A stretch of 64,000 nucleotides of DNA from Hemiscyllium ocellatum. Lineage: Eukaryota. Position numbers and translations under genes: made by a program. The notes under the pieces are model-generated. The model saw nothing but the letters and a program-made list of their open reading frames with translations. It made no database searches and was not told the origin of the DNA. Below are positions 32,374-52,718 of the stretch, in pieces (position 1 is the first letter of the stretch; each line of letters begins with the position of its first letter). The stretch covers positions 1 to 64,000 of the forward strand of contig NW_026869311.1 of the NCBI RefSeq assembly GCF_020745735.1, read 5' to 3'.

Positions 32374-35300
32374 CCATATCAGAGATCCCCAATTATCCTT
32401 TGTCACAGATAGTGGGGCAACATCTCACCCTTCTCTTTTTGGGGCTTTGGTCAATTGTCCTTGCTGAGGTGATACCTGAGAAGTGACATCCCCAGCAACA
32501 TTTGACAGTCTCAGTGGGATCTATACATTTGTAAGATTTTGGATTTGGGGATTACAGATACCTAAGGTCAGCTGTTGAGGATTTGTAAGTAGTTTTAAGA
32601 TCGTTTATTCAGTTTATAGTAACAGTTTAGACATGTGAGATAATGGAGAGTTTTATTGATCTCAGAGAATGGATAAATGGATGCAACCAATCTCTATAGC
32701 ATTTGATAGCAGGAGTGACCGTCTTTCAGCATTTACTGATGGTAAGGCTCTTTCTTTTCTTTATTGTTTTATTCCCAGGTCAGCTGAGGCACCAGGAAGG
32801 TTTTGTTCCTCTCCCTGGCAAATTTTTAACTCCCCTCACCCCTCCTCCACAGATCATAGACCATAAAACCATTAGGTCTCTGGGTTGGAATAGACCGTTC
32901 AGTCCCTTGAACCTGTTCCACTGTTCTATAGGATCACAGCAGATCCAATGTTCCTCCCATCTACTTTCTTCCCTTTCCCGTAACCCTTGATTCCTCAATC
33001 CTCAAGAATCTATCGTGGCTTTAAATATACGCAAGATATCCACAGCTGTCTGTGGCAAGGCATTCCAAAGACCCACAACCCTCTGAGGGAAGGAATTCCT
33101 CCTCATCTGAGTCTTCGATGGGGGTTCCTTTACCCTGAGACTGTGGCAGTGATGGGTCCTTCCCTTAGTGGCTGTAAACTACGTTCCCGCAGATGTTTCC
33201 CGCCGCTGCGTGGATCTCCGAGATTCATGTTCAGCAGTGACCTCTGGAACCGATGTCACCTTGTCCAACTGCTGATTACCACCTCAAGCTAGTTTCAGTT
33301 GTTTTTCTAATCAAACCAATGGAGATGCTGTGACACACCTCTGGAGCAGGTGAGACTTGAACCCAGGTCTCCTGGCTCAGAAGTAGAGACACTACCACTG
33401 TGCATCAAGAGCATGGACCCATTGAGTAGCTGCACATTTACCTTGTGTCAACCATTGGTTTGAACCCTTGCCCCCAGTGAGTATTGGGCAGCTACCAAGA
33501 CAGCAGAATGGTCATCTTCCTTGTGCCCAGCACTGGAGGTCAGCTCTTGATGTCGCATTAGAAAGGGTCAAGAGATGACCCTCAAAACACTCCCATGGAT
33601 AATCGAAAATTTAATGGTGGTGAAAGCAGCCATTTCGCCCATCGTGCATGTACTAGCCTTCTGAATGAGCATTTTGACTTAGCATTCGCCAGCCTCTTCC
33701 CTGTCACCCTGTACTTTATTCCCATTGAAATAATCCCATTCCCTCTTGAATAGCTCAGTTGAACCGATCTTCACAAAGCTGGTGATCAAAATGTATTGTT
33801 TGTTTAATAGCCTAAATATTGTATTCTCATGTCAATAGGAGTCTGAATTTAGGACCATGGCATAGGCGACGGGGGTGAAAGTTAAAGTTATCCTTTGCTA
33901 ATTGAGATGGAGAGGAGCATAAAGTACTTTGCTCAAAAGATTGGGTGTTCTTGAAATTCCTGCACTGGAGATATGTAGATACCAAGTTAGACTTATGTAA
34001 CACTGGTCTAGATGGACTTTGAGTTACTCAGGACTTCAAGGTTATAGAAGGAGATGGAAAAGTTGAGTTGAAGCCCAAAAGTCAGCCATTATTGTACTTA
34101 ACAGGCAAAGCAGTCAAAGGTCAGAGGCTGGGAATCCTGTAGCAAGTATCTTACCTCCTGACTCCTCAAATACTGTCCACCATCTGCAAGGCACAAGTCA
34201 GGATGTGATGGAATACTCACTTGCCTGGATAGGTGCAGTACCAATACCACAAGCAGCTTGACAGCATCCAGGAATGCAGCCACATCCACTCCCTCCATCA
34301 CTGACACTCAGTGGAAGTGTACACCATCTACAAAATGCACTTTGGAAATTCAAACACCTTTAACAGTCTCTTCTAAACCAACAAGCACTTCATCTGGAAG
34401 GAAGAATGCAGCAGATACATGGGACACCACTTCCTGCAAGATCCCCACCCCAAGCTACACACCAGCCTGACTTGTAATTCCATGTTGTTGGATCAGAATA
34501 CCTGGAAGCCCTTCCCTCTGGGTAATTGGATGCACTCTCAGCCATTCAAGGTGGCATTACATCACCAGGGGATGGGTCATAAATACGGGCCCAGTCAATA
34601 GTGCTCACATCCAGGTGAGCTGAGTAACAGTGACGGGTTGTATGGTTTACTCTCTTAAATAGCGACTAAGACCATATTAAAATGCAAACTCCATTGAATG
34701 AAGTTTAGTGTATACTAAAACAACTATTACACTTCCTATTAGCTTGCTGCAATTGGATTATGGTAGCAAATCCAAAAAAAAAACCACACTTGGAAGTAGT
34801 GATTAATTACAAAAAACCATCAATGTTATTGTCTATAAACTGAAATTGCATGGAAGTTGTTAGAAAAGAAGGACTTAAAGTATTGCCCCCAGGAAATCAT
34901 GAACAGTTTGTGGCAACTCAAGGAAAAATAGTTACTGGAAATATTTTGCTGGAGTGTTAAGTCCCAGTTATTTCCTCAAGTTCATTCCAGAGAGAGATTT
35001 TCAGACAGTTGAAACCTGTGGAGAAGTGCTGTTGTTGTAGTGTCACTGGTTTAGTAGCCTGCAGGGTTAATGCTCAGAGACCATGGATTCAAATCTCACC
35101 ATGGCAGCTGGAGGGATTTAAATCCCTCATGAATGATGTTGACCATGTAATTCTGTTGAATTACAAAATTTGAAACATTATGCTTGGTGATTTCCCTGGG
35201 ATGCAAAGGCATCATTATTGCTAGTGGGACCCTGGTGCTCAGACTCAAGTTAAAACAAATATGGCTTTAGTTATTCCCTGTACTGGAAAACAATACATAG

Positions 35301-35611
35301 AGCATCTGGCAGTTTTTTTGTACTACAATCTCTGCTGTTGAGCATTTGACTGGAGTGTTGCAAAATTGTGCCTCTACCCAATGTTAGACAAGGCAGCTGT
35401 AAAACCAAACTTTTAGAAAATTAGCAAGCCAACCAAAGTCCAATATTTGAACAGTTTATTTTACCAGAGTCTAATACATTTCACAATAAAGAGCCCAGAT
35501 TTCAACCCTGGTACAATTTAAGCAAATCACATTTCTTTCCTCCTACACAAAATGATAGAATGTTGTCTATTTTAGTATAGTAGACAACTAAACTTGCTCT
35601 CTGCAGTCCAT

Positions 35612-37782
<2,171 letters not shown>

Positions 37783-39142
37783 CTTCACTATTCCTACTCA
37801 CTATCACCCAGACAACTCTAGAACTGAGCCTCTCTGCCACAAGCTCTTGCATTTATCCTCCTGGGACACCCTGCACCCAACCAGGGAATGATGTCACCGT
37901 GATTGACAATCATGACAGCCAATCAGAAATCACTCATGCATCTAGGCACCAATGAATAAGGATATGAGCTTGAGCCAATCAGAGCTTTGGAATGCAAACA
38001 AATTGAGAGGCTTTTTCTCAATGATGTCACTGTTCTTAGGTTTTGTTTCAAATTGAAGGTGTTTAACATTCTTGTTTGAACTTAGTGATAACGACTAAAA
38101 TGAAATAAGGAACTGCAGCTGCTGGAAATCTGAAACAAAAACAGAGATTGCTGGAGAAACTCAGAAGGTCTGGCAGCATCTGTGAAGAGAGAAACAGAGT
38201 AAATCTTTCAAGCCCTGACCCTTCGTCAGAATAGATTATCTGAAGAATGAACACTGGACTTGAAATGTTAATTTTGTTTCTCTCTCCACAGATGCTGCCA
38301 GACCTGCAGAGTTTCTCCAGTAATCTCTGTTCTTGTTGTTAATGATAACTTGTAACTTTTGCTGAAATAACATTTCAGAACCTGGTCATGTTTGTTGTGT
38401 GTGAGGAGCTGTGAAGCTGATACAGTACAAATTAAGTCATTCTGTGGGACTTTGCCAACCGGCCACTGGACAGAGAAATGGAAATGTGTGAATGAGAGGC
38501 AGTGAATGTGACCAACTCCAGTGTCACCCACACACTCAGCTGCTGTTCCACAGTAGGGAGCTTCCATTTGTAACAGGGAGTTTCAATGTCCCACTATCAG
38601 AGATCAGGAGAATCGACGTTTCGGGCATGAGCCCTTCTTCAGGAGTGATGAAAGACACTTTCCTCATTCCTGAAGAAAGGCTCATGCCCGAAACGTCGAT
38701 TCTCCTGCTCCTTGGATGCTGCCTGACCTGCTGCGCTTTTCCAGCAACACATTTTCATCTCTGATCTCCAGCATCTGCAGTCCTCACTTTCTCCACTATC
38801 AGAGATCCCCACTTATCCTTTAACACAGATAGTGGGGCAACATCTCACCCTTCTCTTTTTGGGGTTTTGGTTGATTGTCCTTGCTGAGGTGATACCTGAG
38901 AAGTGACATCCCCAGCAACATTTGACAGTCTCAGTGGGATCTATACATTTGTAAGATTTTGGATTTGGGGATTACTGATACCTAAGGTCAGCTGTTGAGG
39001 ATTTGTAAGTAGTTTTAAGATAGTGTATTCAGTTTATAGTAACTGCTTAGACATGTGAGATAATGGAGAGTTTTATTGACCCCAGAGAATGGATAAATGG
39101 ATGCAACCAATCTCTATAGCATTTGATAGCAGGAGTGACAGT

Positions 39143-39616
39143 TTAAAGTCTGGTTGAAGATTTGTAGCTCGGGTGTCCGTTGTTGTGGTTCTGTTTGCCG
39201 AGCTGGAAGTTTTTGCTGCAAACGTTTCGTTCCCTGGCTAGGGAACATCATCAGTGCTATTGGAGCCTCCTGTGAAGCGCTGCTTTGATGTTTCTTCCGG
39301 TATTTAGAGTGGTTTGTTCTTGCCGCTTCCGGGTATCAGTTTCAGCTGTAGTAGTTTGTATGTGGGGTCCAGGTTGATGTGTCTGTTGATGGATCTTCTT
39401 GCCGTTTCCGGGTGTCAGTTTCAGCTGTAGTGGTTTGTATATGGGGTCCAGGTCTATGTGTCTGTTAATGGAGTTTGTGGATGAATGCCATGCCTCTAGG
39501 AATTCCCTGGCTGTTCTCTGTCTGGCTTGTCCTATGATGGTAGTGTTTTCCCAGTCAAATTCATGTTCCTGGTTGTCTGAGTGTATGGCTACTAGGGATA
39601 GCTGGTCGTGTCGTTT
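39143..39616 (-). mobile_element. Penelope-like insertion specific to the second duplication unit
   Basis: 11-bp TSD GGAGTGACAGT (39132-39142, 39617-39627). Empty site at ~32712-32722. Hammerhead motif at 39257-39218 with perfect stem II GTTCCCT/AGGGAAC. Confidence 0.92.
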
Positions 39617-42485
39617 GGAGTGACAGTCTTTCAGCATTTACTGATGGTAAGGCTCTTTCTTTTCTTTATTGTTTTATTCCCAGGTCAGCTGAGACACCAG
39701 CAAGGTTTTGTTCCTCTCCCTGGCAAATTCTTAACTCCCCTCACCCCTCCTCCACAGATCATAGACCATAAAACCATTAGGTCCCTGGGTTGGAGTAGAT
39801 CGTTCAGTCCCTTGAACCTGTTCCACTGTTCTATAGGATCACAGCAGATCCAATGTTCCTCCCATCTACTTTCTGCCCTTTCCCCATAACCCTTGATTCT
39901 TCAACTCCTCAAGAATCTATCGCGGCTTTAAATATACGCAAGATATCCCAAGCTGTCTGTGGCAAGGCATTCCAAAGACCCACAACCCTCTGAGGGAAGG
40001 AATTCCTCCTCATCTGAGTCTTCGATGGGTGTCCCTTTACCCTGAGACTGTGGCAGTGATGGGTCCTTCCCTTAGTGGCTGTAAACTACGTTCCCGCAGA
40101 TGTTTCCTGCCGCTGCGTGGATCTCCGAGATTCATGTTCAGCAGTGTCCTCTGGAACTGATGTCACCGCGTCCAACTGCTGATTACCATCTCAAGCTAGT
40201 TTCAGTTATTTTTCAAATCAAACCAATGGAGATGCTGTGACACACCTCTGGAGCAGGTGAGACTTGAACCCAGGCCTCCTGGCTCAGAGGTAGAGACACT
40301 ACCACTGTGCATCAAGAGCATGGACCCATTGAGTGGCTGCACATTTACTTTGCGTCAACCATCGGTTTGAACCCTTGCCCCCAGTGAGTATTGGGCAGCT
40401 ACCAAGACAGCAGAATGGTCATCTCCCTTGGTGCCCAGCACTGGAGGTCAGCTCTTGACCCTTTCTAAACATTCACATGGATAATCAAAAATATAATGGT
40501 GGTGAAAGCAGCCATTTCGCCCATCGTGCATGTACTAGCCTTCCGAATGAGCGTTTTGACTTAGCATTAGCCAGCCTTTTCCCTGTCACCCTGTACTTTA
40601 TTCCCATTGAAATAATCCCATTCCCTCTTGAATAGCTCAGTTGAACCTATCTCCACAAAGCTGGTGAGCAAAATGTATTGTTTGTTTAATAGCCTAAATA
40701 TTGTATTCTCATGTCAATAGGAGTCTGAATTTAGGACCGTGGCATAGGTGACGGGGGTGAAAGTTAAAGTTATCCTTTGCTAATTGAGATGGAGAGGAGC
40801 ATAAAGTACTTTGCTCGAAAGATTGGGTGTTTTTTGAAATTCCTGCACTGGAGATATGTAAATACCAAGTTAGACTTATGTAACACTGGTCTAGATGGAC
40901 TTTGAGTTACTCAGGACTTCAAGGCTATAGAAGGAAATGGAAAAGTTGAGTTGAAGCCCAAAGTCAGCCATTATTGTACTTAACAGGCAAAGCAGTCAAA
41001 GGTCAGAGGCTGGGAATCCTGTAGCAAGTATCTTACCTCCTGACTCCTCAAATACTGTCCACCATCTGCAAGGCACAAGTCAGGATGTGATGGAATACTC
41101 CTCACTTGCCTGGATAGGTGCAGTACCAATACCACAAGCAGCTTGACAGCATCCAGGAATGCAGCCACATCCACTCCCTCCATCACTGACACTCAGTAGA
41201 AGTGTACACCATCTACACAATGCACTTTGGAAATTCAAACACCTTTAACAGTCTCTTCCAAACCAACAAGCACTTCATCTGGAAGGAAGAATGCAGCAGA
41301 TACATGGGACACCACTTCCTGCAAGATCCCCACCCCAAGCTACACACCAGCCTGACTTGTAATTACATGTTGTTGGATCAGAATACCTGGAAGCCCTTCC
41401 CTCTGGGTAATTGGATGCACTCTCAGCCATTCAAGGTGGCATTACATCACCAGGGGATGGATCATAAATACAGGCCCAGTCAATAGTGCTCACATCCAGG
41501 TGAGCTGAGTAACAGTGACGGGTTGTATGGTTTACTCACTTACTCTCAAGTAGCGACTAAGACCATATTAAAATGCAAACCCCATTGAATGAAGTTTAGT
41601 GTATACTACAACAACCATTACACTTTCTATTAGCTTGCTGCAATTGGATTATGGTAGCAAATCCAAAAAAAAACTTGGAAAGTGATTAATTACCAAAAAA
41701 CCATCAATGTTATTGTCTATAAACTGAAATTGCATGGAAGTTGTTAGAAAAGAAGGACTTAAAGTATTGCCCCCAGGAAATCATGAACAGTTTGTGGCAA
41801 CTCAAGGAAAAATAGTTACTGGAAATATTTTGCTGGAGTGTTAAGTCCCAGTTATTTCCTCAAGTTCATTCCAGAGAGAGATTTTCAGACAGTTGAAACC
41901 TGTGGAGAAGTGCTGTTGTAGTGTCACTGGTTTAGTATCCTGCAGGTTTAATGCTCAGAGACCATGGATTCAAATCTCACCATGGCAGCTGGAGGGATTT
42001 AAATCCCTCATGAATGATGTTGACCATGTAATTCTGTTGAACTAAAATTTGGAACATTATGCTTGGTGATTTCCCTGGGATGCAAAGGCATCGTTATTGC
42101 TAGTGGGACCCTGGTGCTCAGACTCAAGTTAAAACAAATATGGTTTTAGTTGGCACTACAGGGAATAACTATAGAGCATCTGGCAGTTTTTTTTGTACTA
42201 CTATCTCTGCTGTTGAGCATTTGAATGGAGTGTTGCAAAATTGGGCCTCTACCCAATGTTAGACAAGGCAGCTATAAAACCAAAGTTTTGGAAAATTAGC
42301 AAGCCAACCAAAGTCCAATATTTGAACAGTTTATTTTGCCAGAGTCTAATACATTTCACAATAAAGAGCCCAGATTTCAGCCCTGGTACAATTTAAGCAA
42401 ATCACATTTCTTTCCTCCTACACAAATGATAGAATGTTGTCTATTTTAGTAGAGTACAAAACTAAACTTGCTCCCTGCAGTCAGT

Positions 42486-44563
<2,078 letters not shown>

Positions 44564-45006
44564 CTTCACTATTCCTGCTCACTATCACCCAGACAACTCT
44601 AGAACTGAGCCTCTCTCTCACAAGCTCTTGTGTTTATCCTCCTGGGGCACCCTGCACTCAACTGGGGAATGACATCACCAATGATGATTGACAATCCATA
44701 ACAGCCAATCAGGAATCTCTATCAATCCAGGCACCAATGAAAAAGGAGAGAGGGCTGTGGGGCCAGTACTGAGACCCAGATCCAATCAGTGATTGGGAAT
44801 GCAGAGAGGTTTGGACAATTAGTCTTGATTATACAAGTGTGTTTGAAGTGATGGATCTTCAACACACTGCAAACTAACTGGCTGCTTGCTGTTTAATATG
44901 TGATACAGTGGTAGTGTCCATACCTCTGGTTCTGAAGACTCCAGGTTCAGATTTCCCTGTCTCTGGAACTAGATGCCCAGAAAATACCTACAATGGGATT
45001 GGAATG

Positions 45007-45625
45007 TGTTATGGAGTTCGCCAGACCGCTCAAAACATTCTGAAGCAGAAAGCCCCAGACCATAACTTTGCAATTTGATTTGATCAGTGTACAGTGAAGA
45101 TAACTAGGTTGACTACTAGATTTTAAAACAGACAAAAAAGTATTCATAAAATTATACAATGAAATCAAAGAACAGAATAAAGAACCCTTACAGAACTCAA
45201 CCTATCCACTAGACTTAATTATGCTGTTCAGAATATACACAATAGTGCCAATAAAAAACTCCCTTTAGAAACTAGTATAAATGGAACACATGCTTACAGG
45301 TTGAATTTAAAGGGCAGAAAAGAGAGATAGTTTCCACACAGCTCCCCTGTTGAACTTCCCTATTCAAGACTGAACTAAAACTGCTGCTAGTGAGCTGACC
45401 ATTTCCCTTTCATTATACAGGTCACTTCTAAAACATGACCACTTTGGCCTGAAATCTCATCTGTTTACATATAAACAAAAGGCCTCTCAAATCCTTTTCA
45501 TCTCTGTGTCAAACCAGACTGATCAGAGCCCGGCCTGGTTTATTGCCCCTCGGAAAAAAATCAAGGACAGAGTCTCCTTGAACCAAGGAACAGTTTTTAG
45601 TAAAAAAGGGACTAACTTTTTGGCA
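45007..45625 (-). mobile_element. Gypsy solo LTR (619 bp), same family as 3733-4348
   Basis: TG...CA termini and 4-bp TSD AATG (45003-45006, 45626-45629). Colinear with the LTR at 3733-4348. Inserted into a tRNA-SINE-like fragment ~450 bp upstream of the copy 6 ATG. Confidence 0.9.
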
Positions 45626-46649
45626 AATGAGGTAATTAAAACCTCAACCTGAGCTACAAATCTTCTCAAAACTCGCAACGTAATTAAAGAATGTTACTTT
45701 TAGGGAAGCACTTTTTCATCATCTGACCAAACCTGGTCCTTTTGCCTCGACTTTCCATCTGGTTTCATTCTAAAAGTGGTTCAGTCCTGGATTAGGTGAT
45801 GAGATTTGTTCCCTTGGATTAAACTCTGGTTCAGGTGGGCTAGATGGGGGAAGCATGTGATTGACAGCAGGAACCACCAATCACCATCTAAACACTACTC
45901 TCCTGAGACAGACCCCACCAATGGACACAGTTGACCCACCCAGAAACAAAGTGTATTTGGAGATTGATACATGTCCTGGTCAAAGTGGGTCTGAGATACA
46001 GGGAATACCCAGTGATCACAAAGGACTTTGGTCAAACATTGTCAGTTACCGGCTGATGCATAAAGTAAGATTGATTCTTTATTAAAATAACTGAAGGTCT
46101 AACAGAGTGTCAACGGTGTATCAAACCTGGTTTTGCTTTCCATTTTTGTGATCTTTAAATGGTACGGTATAATGCTTTTCTATGTTTTTGTTGGCTTCTG
46201 TGCTCTTTTGTTAGTTGTATGTTGCTGCCCATTTAAGAATGGCAGTCCTGTAGGAGTGGGATTTTCCTGCAGATAGCATCCTCACCAAAAAAACGGGGTG
46301 AATATATCCTAACGGTTCCTGTTCTTGTTCCCTCTGACAATAGTCCTTGGAATTTAGAATTTCATAAAGAACACTATCACACAGATGCAGTGTTTGATCA
46401 ACCACAAACCTGTTTGTTAGAATAAACCTCATGATGCCCTGGTACAATACCTCTCAGCTTGTCTAAACGGTACAACATCTTGACTGGTTTGTCCAGTTTA
46501 ATATTGAGACTCACCTAAAACAGACAGCAGAGGGGCATGGCTGATTTGAATGAAACTTCAACCAACATAACCTTACATTTCTGTCCAAATTGTATACAAC
46601 TCAAATCCAAAAACGCCTGGTTTGGTTTGTTGCCACTAAATTACTTTAT

Positions 46650-47520
46650 GTTTCCCTCCCTCATAAGGTCAGAACTGAGGATGTTTGCTAATGATTGTAC
46701 AATGTTCAGCACCATTCACCACTCCTCAGATACTGAAACAGTCCACATACAAATGCAACAAGATCTGGACAATATCCAGGCTTGGGCTGAGAAGTGGCAA
46801 ATAAAATTACACCCGGCAAATGCCAGGCAATGACCCCCTGCAATACAATCTACCAAAGGTCACTTGACTTTCAATGACTCTACAATCACTGAATAATCCC
46901 GTTATTAACATCCTTTAACTTACCATTGACCAGAAACTCAGCTGGACTCACCACATAAACACAATGTCTACGAGAGCAGAGGCTCGGAACGCTGTGGTGA
47001 TTAATTCACCTCCTCACTCCCCAAATTCCGTCCACAGAATACAAGGAGTGTGAAGGAATACTCCCCACTTGCCTGGATGGGGGCTGCTCCAACAACACTC
47101 AAGAAGCTCGACACCATCCAGGACAAAGCAGCCACCTGATTGGCACCACACCCACAAACATCCACTCCCTCCATCATCAACGTTCAGAGGCAGCAATGTG
47201 TATTATCTGAAAGATGTACTGCAGAAATTCACCAAAGATCCTTTGAAACCCATGACTACTTGCATCTAGAAGAGCGAGGGAGGTAGATGCATGTGAACTC
47301 CAGCCCCTGTAAGTTCCCCTTCAAACCACTCACCATCCTGACTTGGAAATATATCACTGTCCCTTCAGAGTCTCAGGGTTAAAATCCCGGTATTCCCTCA
47401 CTAAGGGTATTGTGGGTTTACCTACAGCACATGGACTGCTGTGGTTCAAGAAGGCAGCTCACCCCCACCTTCTCAAGGGGCAACTAGGGACAGACCAACC
47501 AGCAACCCCACATCCCATGA
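46650..47520 (+). mobile_element. CR1/L2-type LINE fragment (RT C-terminus and 3' end); related pieces at ~34095-34620, ~40980-41500 and (minus) ~58850-61320
   Basis: LRMFANDCTMFSTI...MQQDLDNIQAWAEKWQ matches the (Y/F)ADD region of LINE RT. Confidence 0.8.
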
Positions 47521-48087
47521 GAGAATTTTTAAAAATTGTGTAAAGCTCTCAGCCCCTGTGCCCCTCAGATATAGCTGATGATGGACCTCCCTCCTCTCAG
47601 TTTCTGGTGAGAATGATGGCTTGACTGATTCGCACCCTCCCTCCAGCTGCAGACCCCTCCAGTCCAGGATCACTCCGATTTGACAGGAACACTCGCCATT
47701 CCCAAAACCCCCAACCCCACGGCTCCGTCTGCTTTTCATTAGAGGCTGGAGTCAGGCCGACCGATCCTATCCCATCTTCCAACTGCAATGCCAGGTGTTT
47801 CATTCAGGATGATCCTTATTGAAATAATATCAGCACATTTCTTGAGGCTAGCCTGCTGAGTGGTCAATGCGTAGCCCCCTCTTTGATCCAGACAGGCCTG
47901 CTCAATGTTATTATTTCCACAATCCAATCCTCTGAATGGCAGTTGTCTGGGACCACTTGGTTCTTCAATATCCTTCTCCATGCCTCAGTTAGATGACATG
48001 ATGGTGGTTATCCTGTGCCATTGTTGTGTTCAAATCCCAACTTCCAGCCCATTTAATATCATCAGTTCTGTTCTGATGTTGGAATAA

Positions 48088-48706
48088 TTAGATTAGATTA
48101 CTTACAATGTGGAAACAGGCCCTTCGGCCCAAGTCCACACTGACCCGCATACCACCCAGACCCATACTCCTACTCCTACATTTACCCCTTCACCTACCAC
48201 TATGGGCAATTTAGCATGGCCAATTCACCTAACCTGCACGTTTTTGGATTGTGGGAGGAAAACGGAGCATCCAGAGGAAATCCACGCAGACAAGGGGAGA
48301 ATATGCAAACTCCACACAGAGAGTCGCCTGAGGCTGAAATTGAACCCGGGTCTCTGGCGCTGTGAGGCAGCAGTGCTAACCATTGTGCCACCCAGTAAAT
48401 TTGATAGCATTCTTAACTTCCTTATTTAGATTAAATTACTTACTGTGTGGAAACAGGTTCTTCGGCCCAACAAGTCCACTCCGACGCGCACCCACCCAGA
48501 CCCATTCGCCTACATTTACCCCTGCACCTAACAGTACGGGAAATTTAGCATGGCCAATTCAACTAACCTGCACATTTTTGGACTGTGGGAGGAAACTGGA
48601 GCACCCGGAGGAAACCCACACAGATACGGGGAGAATGTGCAAACTCCACACATTCAGTCACCTGAGGTGGGAATTGAACCTGGGTCTCTGGTGCTGTGAG
48701 GCAGCA
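48088..48706 (-). mobile_element. Two tandem HE1-like SINEs (~48088-48392, ~48426-48706)
   Basis: Reverse complement of the same SINE; the second copy is 5'-clipped. Confidence 0.8.
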
Positions 48707-50481
48707 GGAATGTCTGAGATTAACCTCTCAAACGTATCATTCATCCACATGTTTTGTAGTGAGTCTTGTCTTTTATTCACAGTACTTGTATCTGGGAGGT
48801 TTTGAATTTATTCCCACTTTATTCCATTAATTCCCATCGGAGGGGAATCCAATCTCCCAACAGCACGTTTCCCTAACTATTCCAATAATTTGGAAGTAGA
48901 AAATGACAGATGGCTAGCATATGGACAGAGGTAATTCCTTTTTAAACAAAGAGTTCTCTGGGTTGGCCTTTCAGGAGTGTTTAAAATTTCCTTTCTCAAA
49001 AATTGGATCAGCAGCCTCTCATACTGTACAGAGACTCACCACACTTCTGTTTATCTCTACATCAACTTGCAGGCTTACTCTCACCAGTTCGGTGTTAGCC
49101 TCCATGGGCTGCTCCCATGGTTTAATTTGTGGTTTACACGGAGCACATTTAGTCTGGTTTCTGTGCCTTAATGTCACTGTCTATTCTAACAACAGACCGA
49201 GCAGACTGTTACAGAGCAGGTGCTATTACACTGGAATGTCACACTGTGACATCGTACAGTGATCTTAAGGACTGGCGGGAGATATGTAACAGGAGCAATC
49301 TTTCCCCAAGGAGTATTTAAATTCGGTATCCCCTGTTGGCAGAAATTATTTAAATCTTAAATTCATTTCCCTCCATGAATTTCTCACAACAGCAAAAACA
49401 TAAAAAGAACCCTGAAATGAAGAGGCATTAATAGTGGATAAAGCACTGAAATCTTATTAAACCTATTGCATCCCTCAAAGCCCTTTGGACACTGGATAGT
49501 TACAACTGAAACATCATTTGAAGCCATTCAACAGCATTAATAGGACAAGCAGCAGCAGGAGGAGGAAAGATTGCCAGTTGCGTAAATAAACTGAGTAATT
49601 CCCCCACTACAAATTGATTGCCATATGCAGTTATGCGAGACTGATTTTAGCAATACCTAGGTATAGCATGGTGGGAAGGTGAGATTTAGCTATCCCTACT
49701 CTTTGCACATTTTATGAACTATGAAGGAGTTTAACTACCTTAACTTGAATGATTGCAGCACTCCATTGCCCATGGATGACTCCCACATTGGGACAGGACC
49801 CACAATCCAATGATGTTACATTAACAACTTGGGGGAAAGAAATGGATTCTCCCTCTGGCAACTATGGTGAGATTTGGAACTCCCATGGAGACAAACTCGT
49901 TTGGTTGATTGTTGGGGTTTCTAACAGGCTTTTCAGAGACTTCCTATACTGGTGACCACCATTGACTAGGTTTGGTCCTGTAATGAAGTGACCCACTACT
50001 GGAGTCATTGGGAAACTAACACCCAGATCACTTGCAGCAGTTTTGTTGCAGCAAGAAACCTAGATTCTGAGAACTTTGACAGCACAAGGAAAGTCACTAA
50101 AAAAAACTTGTACATAGGTAAGCAAAAAAGTCAGAAGTTGCTTTCTCTCCCCAGTTGTTGCTAGAAATTCAGAGCTTTTCTCTCCTCCCCCCCAGCAATT
50201 TGACTTCTAGCATCTGTAGATCATTGTTTTGGATTAAGACAAGTCTGTTTTCTCACATTGGATCATAACAAGATTTACCGGATGCACTCCAATCGACCCT
50301 GAATATTTAGATAGTGATCCCATTCCATAATGTGGAAAAATCCACAACTTGATCAATTCATCCACAAAGAAAACCCCCAATTCATTTGAGAATTGTTTAT
50401 TTAGTAATTTACAAAAGAGAGCCCAGGACACTTTCATGTATTAGAAGCAGCAGCTCTACAGGTTTCTCCACTGCAGTCAGT

Positions 50482-52718
<2,237 letters not shown>

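Noticed and set aside
33175-33210. CpG-rich ACTACGTTCCCG / TTTCCCGCC promoter-like motif pair
   Set aside because: The ZNF143-type motif has the wrong spacing, the E2F-like site is mutated in the duplicate (~40105), and there is no associated gene.
33325-33405. tRNA gene (also similar at 17460, 25140-25450, 40230, 44900, 51380)
   Set aside because: Only degenerate A/B boxes with no full cloverleaf; these are tRNA-derived SINE heads.
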